DNA of 64,000 bases, taken from assembly GCA_963736195.1 (NCBI GenBank), contig CAVTNP010000001.1:1638016-1702015 (forward strand), written 5' to 3'. A program made the translations under genes and the position numbers. Shown piece by piece: positions 30,605 through 40,136 of this stretch. Every line of letters starts with the position of its first letter. Within the stretch, counting starts at the first letter, position 1. This DNA comes from Ignavibacteriota bacterium. Its GTDB lineage: Bacteria > Bacteroidota > Ignavibacteria > Palsa-1295. The notes below the pieces were generated by a model that made no database searches, was not told the DNA's origin, and worked only from the letters and a program-made list of their open reading frames with translations.

Positions 30605-31459
30605 ATGAAAATTCCCTCTCTTTTTCGTCACATTCGCAAGAGCGCACTGCTGCTCTTAGTGCTGGCATTGCTCGGCGGATATTCAGTGCATAATGCGTTC
30701 AGCCACTACGATGGGATCACGATTGCCGGGTATGCTGCATTCCCATCCGGCTGCGGTCAGAGCAATCCTTGCCATAGCCCAGTTCCTGATCCCACAACCG
30801 TGATCCATCTTTATACACCAGCAACGATCGTAGCTGGGAACACGTACAAGTTTACGCTCAGCGTAGCAAACCCGAATAAGGAGGATATTGCTGCAGGCTT
30901 CGACATTGATGCGAATCAGCCGGTTATTCTCGATACGATACCGGGGCAGAATACCATCATCACTAACCCAGATTCTACCGGATCCGGGGAGTGGACCATT
31001 TCACACATGACTCCGAAAAGTTTTGTCGGAGACTCCGCAACGTGGACGTTCAACTATACAGCCCCAACGGTGCCTGGGGTATATACGATTTACATCGCCG
31101 GCAACGCCGTCAATGGCGATAGCGCTACAGCCACGGACTCCGACCGTTGGAATCATATTGCGCCCAATATCACCGTTGTTGCACCGAGTGGTGTTGCGCC
31201 TGCTCCTTCCATGCCTTCCATCCAGGTCTATCCAAACCCCGCTTCAAGGGAGCTATTTCTAAATGATGGAGTTCCATCCGATGTGGGTTCCTACACGTTG
31301 ACGGATGCCTCAGGCCGCGTGATGCTCATCGGGCGTCAGGTCGCGCTGGATGGCAGCCACAGTATAGATGTTTCGACTATGGCGGCGGGAGCGTACATGC
31401 TCACGGTTCAACCCCGATCGAGGTCGGCGTTCATGCGGAGTATTATTATTCAGCGTTAG
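30605..31459 (+). CDS. secreted Cys-x(n)-Cys-His protein with T9SS CTD (array member 1)
   Basis: Signal anchor, GCGQSNPCH motif, conserved SVANP...AAGFDID and YIAGNAVNGDSATATDSDRWN. CTD is VYPNPASRELFL...GAYMLTVQP. Confidence 0.8.
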   Translation: MKIPSLFRHIRKSALLLLVLALLGGYSVHNAFSHYDGITIAGYAAFPSGCGQSNPCHSPVPDPTTVIHLYTPATIVAGNTYKFTLSVANPNKEDIAAGFDIDANQPVILDTIPGQNTIITNPDSTGSGEWTISHMTPKSFVGDSATWTFNYTAPTVPGVYTIYIAGNAVNGDSATATDSDRWNHIAPNITVVAPSGVAPAPSMPSIQVYPNPASRELFLNDGVPSDVGSYTLTDASGRVMLIGRQVALDGSHSIDVSTMAAGAYMLTVQPRSRSAFMRSIIIQR

Positions 31460-31463
31460 CTCG

Positions 31464-32348
31464 ATGTTTCCCATTTTATTTCATCGAATCCGTAAGAGCT
31501 TGTTTGTCGTTCTTCCGCTGCTGATCGTTGCAGGTTACGCGGTGCAGGATGCGTTAAGCCATTACAGGGGCGTGGCGTATTGTGCCGTACCCCTGCAACA
31601 AAATCCAGGCTGCAACGCAACTGCCACCGGCGGTGATCCATGCCACGGTCCGAATCCATCTTCCTCGACCGTGATCCACGTTTTCATGCCCTCCGTTATC
31701 TATGCCGGAAGCACGGACACCATCCGCATCAGCGTCGCAAACAAAAGCAACCTGGATGTAGCAGCGGGCTTCGATGTTGATATTGACACGCCGGCCATGC
31801 TCAATACGACTTCCAATACCACTACAGTTCTTTGGGATAATCTCCCTCCGTTTCCTTCCTGGTCGGATATTCATCAAACGGTGCCACAATTGTTTAGTGC
31901 TAATGGACCTAATAGCGACTCTGCCGTGTGGTCCATCATCTATACCGCCCGACCGACCGCAGGCTACGATACACTTTATATTGATGGCAATGCCGTCGAT
32001 GGCGATAGCGCTTCAGCCACCATTCATGACCATTGGGATTCCCTTACGCAAATTATCACGGTACTGCCTGCTCCCAGTGGTGTAGCACAAACGCGCTCCG
32101 CAAATTCGGTGCGTGTGTATCCGAACCCGGCATCCAACGAGGTATTTATCGACGATGGGAACCCTGCGGACATAGGATCTTATACGCTGACGGATGCGGC
32201 AGGCCGCGTGGTTCGCTATGGCCGTCAGATCGTGCTCGATGGCTCGCGTAGTATCGATCTCTCTATGTTAGCAACAGGTGCTTATGTGCTCAACGTGCAG
32301 CCCCGTATGGGTCACGCGTTTACGAGAAGTATTTCGATCGAGCATTGA
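31464..32348 (+). CDS. secreted Cys-x(n)-Cys-His protein with T9SS CTD (array member 2)
   Basis: ATG 31464 lies 4 nt after the member 1 stop, and its N-terminus MFPILFHRIRKS parallels member 1. GCNATATGGDPCHG motif, YIDGNAVDGDSASATIHDHWD, CTD VYPNPASNEVFI. Confidence 0.8.
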   Translation: MFPILFHRIRKSLFVVLPLLIVAGYAVQDALSHYRGVAYCAVPLQQNPGCNATATGGDPCHGPNPSSSTVIHVFMPSVIYAGSTDTIRISVANKSNLDVAAGFDVDIDTPAMLNTTSNTTTVLWDNLPPFPSWSDIHQTVPQLFSANGPNSDSAVWSIIYTARPTAGYDTLYIDGNAVDGDSASATIHDHWDSLTQIITVLPAPSGVAQTRSANSVRVYPNPASNEVFIDDGNPADIGSYTLTDAAGRVVRYGRQIVLDGSRSIDLSMLATGAYVLNVQPRMGHAFTRSISIEH

Positions 32349-32429
32349 CGAACCCGTAGCGCGATCCCGCAAACACACTCGTAACCACTGAATAGCCTGA
32401 ATCGCTGAGATCATATTAATTTATCGTTA

Positions 32430-32530
32430 TGAGTGCGACGGTCGGGTGTTGTATCACAATGATAGTTAATTTATCGCTGTTTCTAATTATTGCCGTTTGT
32501 TCTCCGCGGTTAGTTATTATTCAGCATTAG
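32430..32530 (+). pseudogene. decayed 3' remnant of a fourth array member
   Basis: 32494-32530 reads ..VCSPRLVIIQH*, compared with member 1's end ..SAFMRSIIIQR*. The nucleotide string TATTATTCAGC[G/A]TTAGCTC is shared with 31446-31464. No ORF remains upstream. Confidence 0.4.
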
Positions 32531-32580
32531 CTCTGCCTCGTGCCTGAGCCAGCTCCTCAAAGACCACGTTTCTATCCTCC

Positions 32581-33477
32581 ATGCATTCGATTTTCCAAAA
32601 GTTATTTTTACGCATTTCAAACGCGCCATTAAGATCAACGGTCAGTCAACTTCTCTCGAAGGTTACCCGAAGGCGCATTCTCCATCACCGGATGCGACAG
32701 GGATCGATTATCTGCAGCGTGCTCGCGGTCGCCGGAGGATATTCGATCCATGAGGCGGAAGGGTCGTCCGGCGGCGTTGTCGGCTTATCCAAATCAGGAT
32801 GCTCCTGTCACGGCTCCAAATCCTCTGCAACAGTGGTAAGTGTTTACACCGATTCTACGCAAATACTCGCCGGGCATACGTATGTTTTTAGCTTGTCCGT
32901 CGCAAATCCCTCGGAGAAAGGCGCTGGATGCGATCTGTCCGTCGATAATGGCGGAGTGCTCGCGTTGGATGGCACGAACTCTGGGCTGCAATTCTACAAT
33001 GGAGAGTTAACCCACGTCGGTCCGCGTACTTTTAGCGGCGATAGCTCCGTTTGGACTTTCAAATATACTGCTCCCAAAACAAACGGCGTCGCGCATATTT
33101 ATGCTGCCGGGAACGCAGTTAACCTGGATGGCAGAGCTGACGCTGCCGATCATTGGAATACAATAGTTTATGATGTAAATGTGGTGAGCCCTGCCGGGGT
33201 GGAAGAACCAGCGAGCGCCGCCCCATCGATCAGCCTGTATCCGAATCCTTCGAAGGGAATTGTTACGCTTTCGTCATCGGGCTTATCCGGTCCGGCAGCG
33301 ATCACGGTATCGGACGCATCCGGCAGAATGGTTCACGGCGAATCGGTGACACTTTCCGGCGAAACAAATGGTGAAACTCCTCTTGATCTTTCGAGCTTAC
33401 ACAATGGCCCGTATTTCTTAACCGTTCGCGCGAGCAATGGCCAATCGTTCACACGGAGCATTGTGATCGCCAAATAA
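32581..33477 (+). CDS. secreted Cys-x-Cys-His protein with T9SS CTD (array member 3)
   Basis: N-terminus MHSIFQKLFLRIS is homologous to members 1 and 2, with an inserted basic stretch. SGCSCHGSKSS motif, YAAGNAVNLDGRADAADHWN, CTD LYPNPSKGIVTL...GPYFLTVRA. Confidence 0.8.
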   Translation: MHSIFQKLFLRISNAPLRSTVSQLLSKVTRRRILHHRMRQGSIICSVLAVAGGYSIHEAEGSSGGVVGLSKSGCSCHGSKSSATVVSVYTDSTQILAGHTYVFSLSVANPSEKGAGCDLSVDNGGVLALDGTNSGLQFYNGELTHVGPRTFSGDSSVWTFKYTAPKTNGVAHIYAAGNAVNLDGRADAADHWNTIVYDVNVVSPAGVEEPASAAPSISLYPNPSKGIVTLSSSGLSGPAAITVSDASGRMVHGESVTLSGETNGETPLDLSSLHNGPYFLTVRASNGQSFTRSIVIAK

Positions 33478-33486
33478 ATCTGGGCA

Positions 33487-34682
33487 CTATTGTATCAGCA
33501 CGATTGGCATTTGCTGGACAGACCCATTCGTTCGGACCACGCACTCGTACATTCCGGCAGGCAAGGCCGAAGACTTGCTCCAGGTAAGGGAATGAGTTCC
33601 GGCATCCAGCGGACCTTCGAAGATCCGGGACACTTCGCTTCCGAGAATATTAAGGATCGTTACGCTCGTTTCACCGCTTTCCGTGGAGGAAAAGCTGATA
33701 GTCGTCGATCGCGAAAAGGGGTTGGGATACGCCGTGAGCGAAGAAACGGGTGTAATTGGCTCCTTTACGGCATCGGCTGCCCCATTTAGTTCGGAGAGCG
33801 CTCTGCGGTAAACTCCAAGTTCGGTTCCGGCATATAAATAGGAGCCATCCGATGTGAACGAATAGACTGCGGTTCCCGGTGGCAGGCTGTCATTGATCAA
33901 TGCCCAGCTTGATCCATTATTGATCGAGATAAAAATGCCGCTGTCGGTGCCAACAAACAGTTTATCGCCAAACACGGCGATCGCATAAATGACGGAGTCC
34001 GTAAGGCCGGTGTTAACAGGGTTCCACGAGTTGCCGTTGTCTTGAGAGATATCTACGCCGCTTCCATCGGTTCCGGCGAAGAGGGTGGGCACATCCGCGC
34101 TGGTATCGCTCATTGCGAGCGCATCAATATCTGTGGTGGATAAGTTGTTATTGAGGGCCTTCCAGGTCGCGCCGTTATCGGTAGATTGCAACAATCCCTC
34201 CCCGCCGGCAAAGATCGTGGAACCATCCCAGCAGAGCGAGAAAATGCTATTACTATAGTTGGACGTTTCCCAGCCGACACCCGGGTTACTCGAGTAAAAC
34301 ACGCCATTTACGCCACCGGCAGCAATGTTCGTGCCGCTTACGGCAAGCGCCTGTATGGACTCGGTATCGATCCAGGTGGCCCAATACTGGCCAAAACTGT
34401 TGGAGCCGGAAACGCCTCCACCTGTACCGGCATAGAGGCTGGTTCCGATCGATACGAGCGCCTGAATACCTACCGGCGTGAGACCGGTCTGGGCCAGGTT
34501 GTGTCACCGACCCACTGATAGACATTGATGTCATTGCCGGCGAAAATATCCGTGCCGATCGAAGTAAGTGCATAGATGCTGCCGCCGAGGCCAGCCGCCG
34601 ATTGCCATTGCGCGCTGGACTCAGTCGGTGAAAAAATAAAGAGGATGCTCGCAACGGCGAGGAGTATGATGCTCTGTTTCAA
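33487..34682 (-). pseudogene. frameshifted BNR/Ycf48-like repeat protein with T9SS CTD
   Basis: The signal peptide ORF 34470..34682 (..VYQWVGDTTW) continues in another frame as AQTGLTPVGIQALV... into ORF 33487..34302. One missing G in CCTGG-CCCAG (34492-34499) would restore the frame. CTD is AYPNPFSRSTTISF. Confidence 0.65.
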
Positions 34683-34783
34683 TAAGATGGATGTTTGTGT
34701 AATGCTGTCTATTTGGTAAAACTAGAGTTCGCTGAATAACTCCCCATCCTTCCTTGGGAGGGGGGCTATTTCATTGGACTCAA

Positions 34784-36061
34784 TTACCTCAGAAGTACGA
34801 CCAGAATGCGATAGTACCTACCATTCATCCCAACTTTGCACCAATATGTTCCCGGTGGCTGGCAGGTTGTATTCCAGGTGAAGGAATGTTCGCCCGCATC
34901 CAGCTCGCCGGAGAATATCTTTGCGACTTCCTCACCGAGCAGATTCACGACCGATATTTCCGCCGAACCACTTTCTTGCGATGTGAAATTGATGGTGGTG
35001 GATTGTGTGAGAGGGTTGGGGAATGCGCTAAACGTCGCTTGTGGTGATGGACTTGATGTAACATCGCTTGAGCCAAGCATTTGGGAAAGTGGGCGCTGAT
35101 AAACACCGTTGCTGTCAGTTCCTACATAGACATCTGTATCCACAGAGGCAATGGAAGTTATCCAGCAATGCAATGGCAAACCCGCATTCTCCACAGTCCA
35201 ACTTTTGCCGCTGTCAGTCGAAACAAATACGCCGCTATCAATAGTCCCTACAAAGAGATTCGAGCCTATCACTTTAATCGCAGTTACGGGTGAACCGATT
35301 GGTAAACCGTTGTCCCTCACAGTCCAATTTTTACCACTGTCGGTAGAGAGATAAACTGTGTTCCCACCTGCAAAAAGATTGCTGCCGATCACCGCAAGGC
35401 AAGAAATATAGCCAACCCCTCCTGCTAGATTCCAACTTATTCCGCTGTCGGTCGAAAGACAAACTCCAAAGCCATTACCAACTAAAGTCGCGGCGAAAAT
35501 ACAGTTCTCATTCACTGCAAAGGTGACAACAATCTGAGTATCACGGTCTCCAAGCTCATCATAACCAGTCAAGCCACTATCGGCAACAATCCAATTTGCG
35601 CCGCTATCAGTTGAGCGATATACACCACCGCCATCAACATTTTGAAGACCACCAATGCCAGCAAAGAGGTTCGAGCCGCTCACAGCGAGAGGACCTACAC
35701 CAAAGTCACTTGGTAACCCATTGTTCGACGGGGTCCAACTTGCCCCTTGGTCCTTCGAAATATAAATGCGATCTTCACCAATTGACACAAAGAGGTCAAT
35801 ACCGCTCTCAGCAAAGGAAACAGCTGTAGCTTTTGGTGGCAAGCCCGTATTTTTCTGAGTCCAGTTTGATCTATTGCCGGCCGTTAGAAAAATTCCTGAA
35901 TCAGTCCCTGCAATGAGGTTCATATTCGTTTCAAAAAGGGTGTTAATTCGTCCCCCATTTGGCCCATTGGTGGAAGCCCACTGCGCATTCACCTCCTTTG
36001 CTCCGGAGATCGCAAGCGTCAGCACCGAAGCGATAATGACGAGTTTTTGCTTCATATCCAA
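34784..36061 (-). CDS. BNR/Ycf48-like repeat (S-x-D-x-G-x-x-W) propeller protein with T9SS CTD
   Basis: Signal peptide and repeated motifs STDSGANW, STDSGISW, STDSGKNW, STDSGKSW. CTD is AFPNPLTQSTTINF...GTYWCKV. Intact paralog of 33487..34682. Confidence 0.8.
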   Translation of the reverse strand: MDMKQKLVIIASVLTLAISGAKEVNAQWASTNGPNGGRINTLFETNMNLIAGTDSGIFLTAGNRSNWTQKNTGLPPKATAVSFAESGIDLFVSIGEDRIYISKDQGASWTPSNNGLPSDFGVGPLAVSGSNLFAGIGGLQNVDGGGVYRSTDSGANWIVADSGLTGYDELGDRDTQIVVTFAVNENCIFAATLVGNGFGVCLSTDSGISWNLAGGVGYISCLAVIGSNLFAGGNTVYLSTDSGKNWTVRDNGLPIGSPVTAIKVIGSNLFVGTIDSGVFVSTDSGKSWTVENAGLPLHCWITSIASVDTDVYVGTDSNGVYQRPLSQMLGSSDVTSSPSPQATFSAFPNPLTQSTTINFTSQESGSAEISVVNLLGEEVAKIFSGELDAGEHSFTWNTTCQPPGTYWCKVGMNGRYYRILVVLLR

Positions 36062-36161
36062 GAATAATTTGAAGATTAGGTAAAGGATGCCCGAAAAGCG
36101 TATTTTTGTACACCCTAAACAACTTCGAAATCATGGAATTGTTACAGCTAAACCGAAAAAT

Positions 36162-36599
36162 ATGTCAGTCAACTACATGCCAGCAGAGTACCATACCGTT
36201 ACCCCATACATCATAGTGGAGAACGTTGAATCGGTTCTCAACTTTCTTACATCCGCGTTTGGCGGCGAAAGCAGGGAGGTGATGCGGTTGCCGGATGGCA
36301 GAGTAATGCACGCCTCTATCTTAGTCGGCAATTCGATGTTGATGCTCGCAGAGGCAAAACCACCGGAATGGCCTGGACAGCCTGCCTCGTTCTATCTATA
36401 TCTCCCGGATTGCGATGCCGCCTACCAACGGGCACTCGCTGCCGGCGCAATGAGCATCATGGAACCTGCGGATCAGTTTTATGGCGACCGTCACGGCGGT
36501 GTAAAGGATTCCTGCGGAAATTCCTGGTGGATCGCCACGCATATCGAAGATGTATCGGCAGAAGAGATGGAGCGGCGTATGAAGGAAAGGAACGTCTGA
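36162..36599 (+). CDS. VOC/glyoxalase-family protein (PhnB-like)
   Basis: TVTPYIIVENVESVLNFLTSAFGGE...FYGDRHGGVKDSCGNSWWIATH is the typical pattern. Start set to ATG 36162. Confidence 0.75.
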   Translation: MSVNYMPAEYHTVTPYIIVENVESVLNFLTSAFGGESREVMRLPDGRVMHASILVGNSMLMLAEAKPPEWPGQPASFYLYLPDCDAAYQRALAAGAMSIMEPADQFYGDRHGGVKDSCGNSWWIATHIEDVSAEEMERRMKERNV

Positions 36600-36861
36600 A
36601 CCCAGATTACGCGGATGATGTGGATTACGCGGATGGATTTTTAGGATTACCGTATTTGCTATCCTAATATTAATAGTGGAGTCATTACGAGGAGGAATTG
36701 CGTAACGGAGTGGAGCAATTTCGACGAAGCAATCCTTTGACATTCAAGAAAATATCCAGAGATCGCTTCGGAAAATCGAACAAGCATCTCAGCGATGCGC
36801 CTTCGGTCAATCGATTTTCCTCGCAATGATAGTGTAAAAAACTTCTAGAAAACAGCAGTTA

Positions 36862-37614
36862 ATGTTCAGTAAACAAGCGGCAACAAAAAAGCTAGGAGCG
36901 CAGGAGGGCTTTCGGTGGCGAGGGGAGGAAATATCACGCATCGAGGGCCTGAGCGACGCGGTGTTTGCCTTCGCCGTTACGCTCCTGATCGTATCGACGG
37001 AAGTTCCGAAGACGTATAGCGACCTCGTATTGAAACTTCGAGATTTCGTTCCGTTCGCCGCATGTTTCGTGCAGTTGATGGTCGTGTGGTATCTGCACTA
37101 CCAATATTATCGCCGTTACAATCTGCAGGACATGAAATCCATGGTGTTAACAATGGTTCTCTTGTTCGTGGTACTGTTTTACACGTACCCATTGAAGTTT
37201 GTATTTATGTCTTGGTGGCTGAGCCTGATCGATCCTTCGGATCCCACGACGTTGAATCTGTTTACCGGTAAAGATCAGCTCGCACAATTATTTACGGTTT
37301 ACGCGATCGGGTATATTGCGGTGTTCTCGGTATTTGGGCTGATGTACCATCATGCGTATCGTTCCCGTCTAGAGCTGCGCCTAACGGAACTCGAGATCTG
37401 GGATACGAAGCACGTGTTGAGGGAGATGATCCTGTTCTGCGGTGTCGGCGTGATCTCGCTCATCCTTGCGGATGTATTGCAAGGGGTATATGTCATGTTT
37501 GCGGGCATATCGTATGCACTAATCGGAGTGCTTAGTGGATTTCATGGCTCCTGGAGCGGCAAGCGTAGAAAGGAGATTCACTCCAAACTATTTTCTAATA
37601 CACAATCTGGTTGA
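36862..37614 (+). CDS. TMEM175-family (DUF1211) potassium channel-like membrane protein
   Basis: Signature RIEGLSDAVFAFAVTLLI at the start of TM1; about 6 TM segments. Confidence 0.8.
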   Translation: MFSKQAATKKLGAQEGFRWRGEEISRIEGLSDAVFAFAVTLLIVSTEVPKTYSDLVLKLRDFVPFAACFVQLMVVWYLHYQYYRRYNLQDMKSMVLTMVLLFVVLFYTYPLKFVFMSWWLSLIDPSDPTTLNLFTGKDQLAQLFTVYAIGYIAVFSVFGLMYHHAYRSRLELRLTELEIWDTKHVLREMILFCGVGVISLILADVLQGVYVMFAGISYALIGVLSGFHGSWSGKRRKEIHSKLFSNTQSG

Positions 37615-37959
37615 TGGTGATGCATAATTTCATGTGAGGAAAATGGAACGCGGATGGATTCGTCATTTTATATTTATCCAAGATGGGGAAAAAGTCAGAT
37701 AGAATGAAGAACCGGCGAGTCAGGAATTGACGTGAAAATTTTTATTGATGTGGGGTCTGGATTATTTCTGAAAAATCAAGCAGGTGGGGGAGGGGGCTGA
37801 CGGAAGGGTTTATTTGAGCATAGATAACCGACTTTTTGAAAGCATTTTATGACGAAGCAAATTACTCTTAACCGGACGGTAACTTTCGGATAATATGATA
37901 TCCATAATTTTGTGAGCTAAGATATAATTGTATCTAATTATTTATACCCCGAAACGCTC

Positions 37960-39891
37960 ATGAACAAACCGTTACTTTCTTGTTTTCTTATTGCAATTTT
38001 TTTGGCAGGCTTTATTGGTCTTGCTGAAAAAACTGATGCTCAAAGCTCTTCTACGCTAGTACACTACTGGTATTTTCCAGAGATGGCTTCGGCAGTCTAT
38101 AATATTCCCAATGTGCCGAATATTTATGAAGATTTCGATGCAACCGGAGATACCACCCAGGCCTATCTTGAATATTACCTTCTGCCACGAACATCAAGTT
38201 CGTATGCTGGTTACCTTGATGGAGTTGCCTGCGTCGATAGCAGTGTAGCGGATCACGGCAATGCTCGAAACGGAGTGGGGCCTGCCGGTTGGGCGCTCCG
38301 CGTACGTAATCCTGTGGATTCGATCGAACTGCGTTGGCACATGCCGACCACGGGCTATACCAGCCCCGTGATTACGTATGCACTTGAATCCTCCAGCACA
38401 ACGAGTGGTGATTCGACGCAAGTCTTTTCGTATAGCGTAGATGGGGGCAAAACCTGGAAAAGTGCAGATATTTCGGTTAATGGCGTCAATGTTGACACAT
38501 TAAGCGTTGCCAATAATGCAATTTACCAAGGAACTTCATGGGGCCTTGTAGTGATCACGTTCGGCTCTGATGATTCGGTTAATAATAACCCCAACTTCAT
38601 ATTCCGAATCACTTATCGCGGCAATATTTCTCTGACAAAAGGAAATAACCGATTTGCTGACGTTACCATGGATGGTGATGGAAAATCCTCAGGTCCACAA
38701 CCAGCGAAAATTACGTTGTTAAGTCCTGGATCGGGCAATATCTTGGTGCCAAATCAAGTGGATACGATCCAGTTCACGACGTATAGCACCGTAGGCCAAG
38801 TTCGAACGATCAAGTTTTCATCGGATAGCGGGCTCACATGGTCGCCGGTGGGAACCGTAACGGGAGGGACATCTTACGTATGGACGGTCCCCAATATCCA
38901 GACAAATAAGGGATTGATCCAAGTGACGGACTCTGCAAATGTGACAGGGCTGAGCACGACTTTCGTTATCTATCCCATAACCCCTGCAAACCGCATAGTT
39001 CATTATTGGGATTTCAATACGCTGGGTTCAGCTTACCACAATCCGAATATTCCTGCGCTTCCTGCTGATTTTTCCGCCACTCCTACACACGGTTCAATCG
39101 TTTATGTTATCGATACAACGAACCCATCCTACGCAGGCTATATCGATAATGTCGCGGGTGACACAACATCTGCCAATGCAGACGCTCAATTTGGAGAACC
39201 GGCCGGTCAAGCTCTTCGTGTGCGCAACCCAACGCACGCAATGGAGCTTCATTTCGTGATCCCAACGACCGGATATAGCGGAATCAATTTGAAATACTCA
39301 TTGCAGTCATCGAGCCTTTCGGGACCTCAGGTCCAGCATTTTTCGTATAGTACCGATGGCGGCCTGATCTGGATCGCAACAGGGATGACTGTCAATGGCG
39401 CCGATAGTGTTAAAGATACTCTGGATGTAACTCAACTCCAATATCAGGGAACGCTGAATGGCCAATATGGGCTCGTGACCATCGGGTTTAACTCCCAGGC
39501 AGTCAACGTTGATAACAATCCCAACTTCGTTTTCCGAATTCTTTTCGGTGATACAGCAACCACTGGAACAAGTGGCAATAATCGGTTCGATAATTTTAGC
39601 GTCCTGGCAACGAACTCACTTGCAGGGGTCAATGAACCATCGCAACAACAGCCACAACTGGCGATCAGTCCGAATCCGGCTATGGATGAAATTACTTTTG
39701 AAAATCCCTATAGTGGGCAGATCAATGTATCCGTTTTAAATATCTTAGGGCAGGAGGTACTTCGAACGCAGGGAATCAATTCATCAAAGGTTGAGATGAA
39801 CACATCAGCCCTTGCATCGGGATCCTATTATGTTCATGTTCAGAACACCACCACTGGAACCGAACAAGTTGCAAAGTTCGTAAAACAATAG
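37960..39891 (+). CDS. modular secreted protein: 2 copies of an unnamed ~210-aa module + 1 Ig-like repeat + T9SS CTD
   Basis: The modules start LVHYWYFPE / IVHYWDFNTLG, contain LRVRNP and YSxDGGxxW, and end GNNRF[AD][DN]. CTD is SPNPAMDEITF...GSYYVHVQ...KFVKQ. Confidence 0.8.
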   Translation: MNKPLLSCFLIAIFLAGFIGLAEKTDAQSSSTLVHYWYFPEMASAVYNIPNVPNIYEDFDATGDTTQAYLEYYLLPRTSSSYAGYLDGVACVDSSVADHGNARNGVGPAGWALRVRNPVDSIELRWHMPTTGYTSPVITYALESSSTTSGDSTQVFSYSVDGGKTWKSADISVNGVNVDTLSVANNAIYQGTSWGLVVITFGSDDSVNNNPNFIFRITYRGNISLTKGNNRFADVTMDGDGKSSGPQPAKITLLSPGSGNILVPNQVDTIQFTTYSTVGQVRTIKFSSDSGLTWSPVGTVTGGTSYVWTVPNIQTNKGLIQVTDSANVTGLSTTFVIYPITPANRIVHYWDFNTLGSAYHNPNIPALPADFSATPTHGSIVYVIDTTNPSYAGYIDNVAGDTTSANADAQFGEPAGQALRVRNPTHAMELHFVIPTTGYSGINLKYSLQSSSLSGPQVQHFSYSTDGGLIWIATGMTVNGADSVKDTLDVTQLQYQGTLNGQYGLVTIGFNSQAVNVDNNPNFVFRILFGDTATTGTSGNNRFDNFSVLATNSLAGVNEPSQQQPQLAISPNPAMDEITFENPYSGQINVSVLNILGQEVLRTQGINSSKVEMNTSALASGSYYVHVQNTTTGTEQVAKFVKQ

Positions 39892-39917
39892 GTTCAGACC
39901 TTTGTGGTTCGATGGAG

Positions 39918-39960
39918 AGCCCGCGGCTTAGGATTACATCTAAAGCTGTGGGCTTCTTTA
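39918..39960 (+). terminator. putative terminator after 37960..39891
   Basis: 12-bp stem AGCCCGCGGCTT / AAGCTGTGGGCT (two G-U pairs) followed by TCTTTAT. Confidence 0.5.
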
Positions 39961-40087
39961 TGGGGGTATTCTTGGCATCACGACCACAATGAATGAAGCA
40001 TTTGCATAATCATTTCATATTAAGGTATTTAAATACCCTTAATGCTTTAGTAATCCGCATCCCCTAAATTTGTCTTTAGAATTTCTA

Positions 40088-40108
40088 AGCCCCACGATGG
40101 GGCTTTTT
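40088..40108 (+). terminator. terminator-like hairpin 29 nt upstream of the 40137 start (possible attenuator)
   Basis: AGCCCC-ACGAT-GGGGCT followed by TTTTT. Confidence 0.45.
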
Positions 40109-40136
40109 CAATCATTTACTCGAATATCCCTCACTC

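Noticed and set aside
30605-33477. Canonical c-type heme attachment (CxxCH) in the three-gene array
   Set aside because: Spacing between the Cys residues is 1, 5 and 10 residues, never the canonical 2. A cofactor role remains only a hypothesis.
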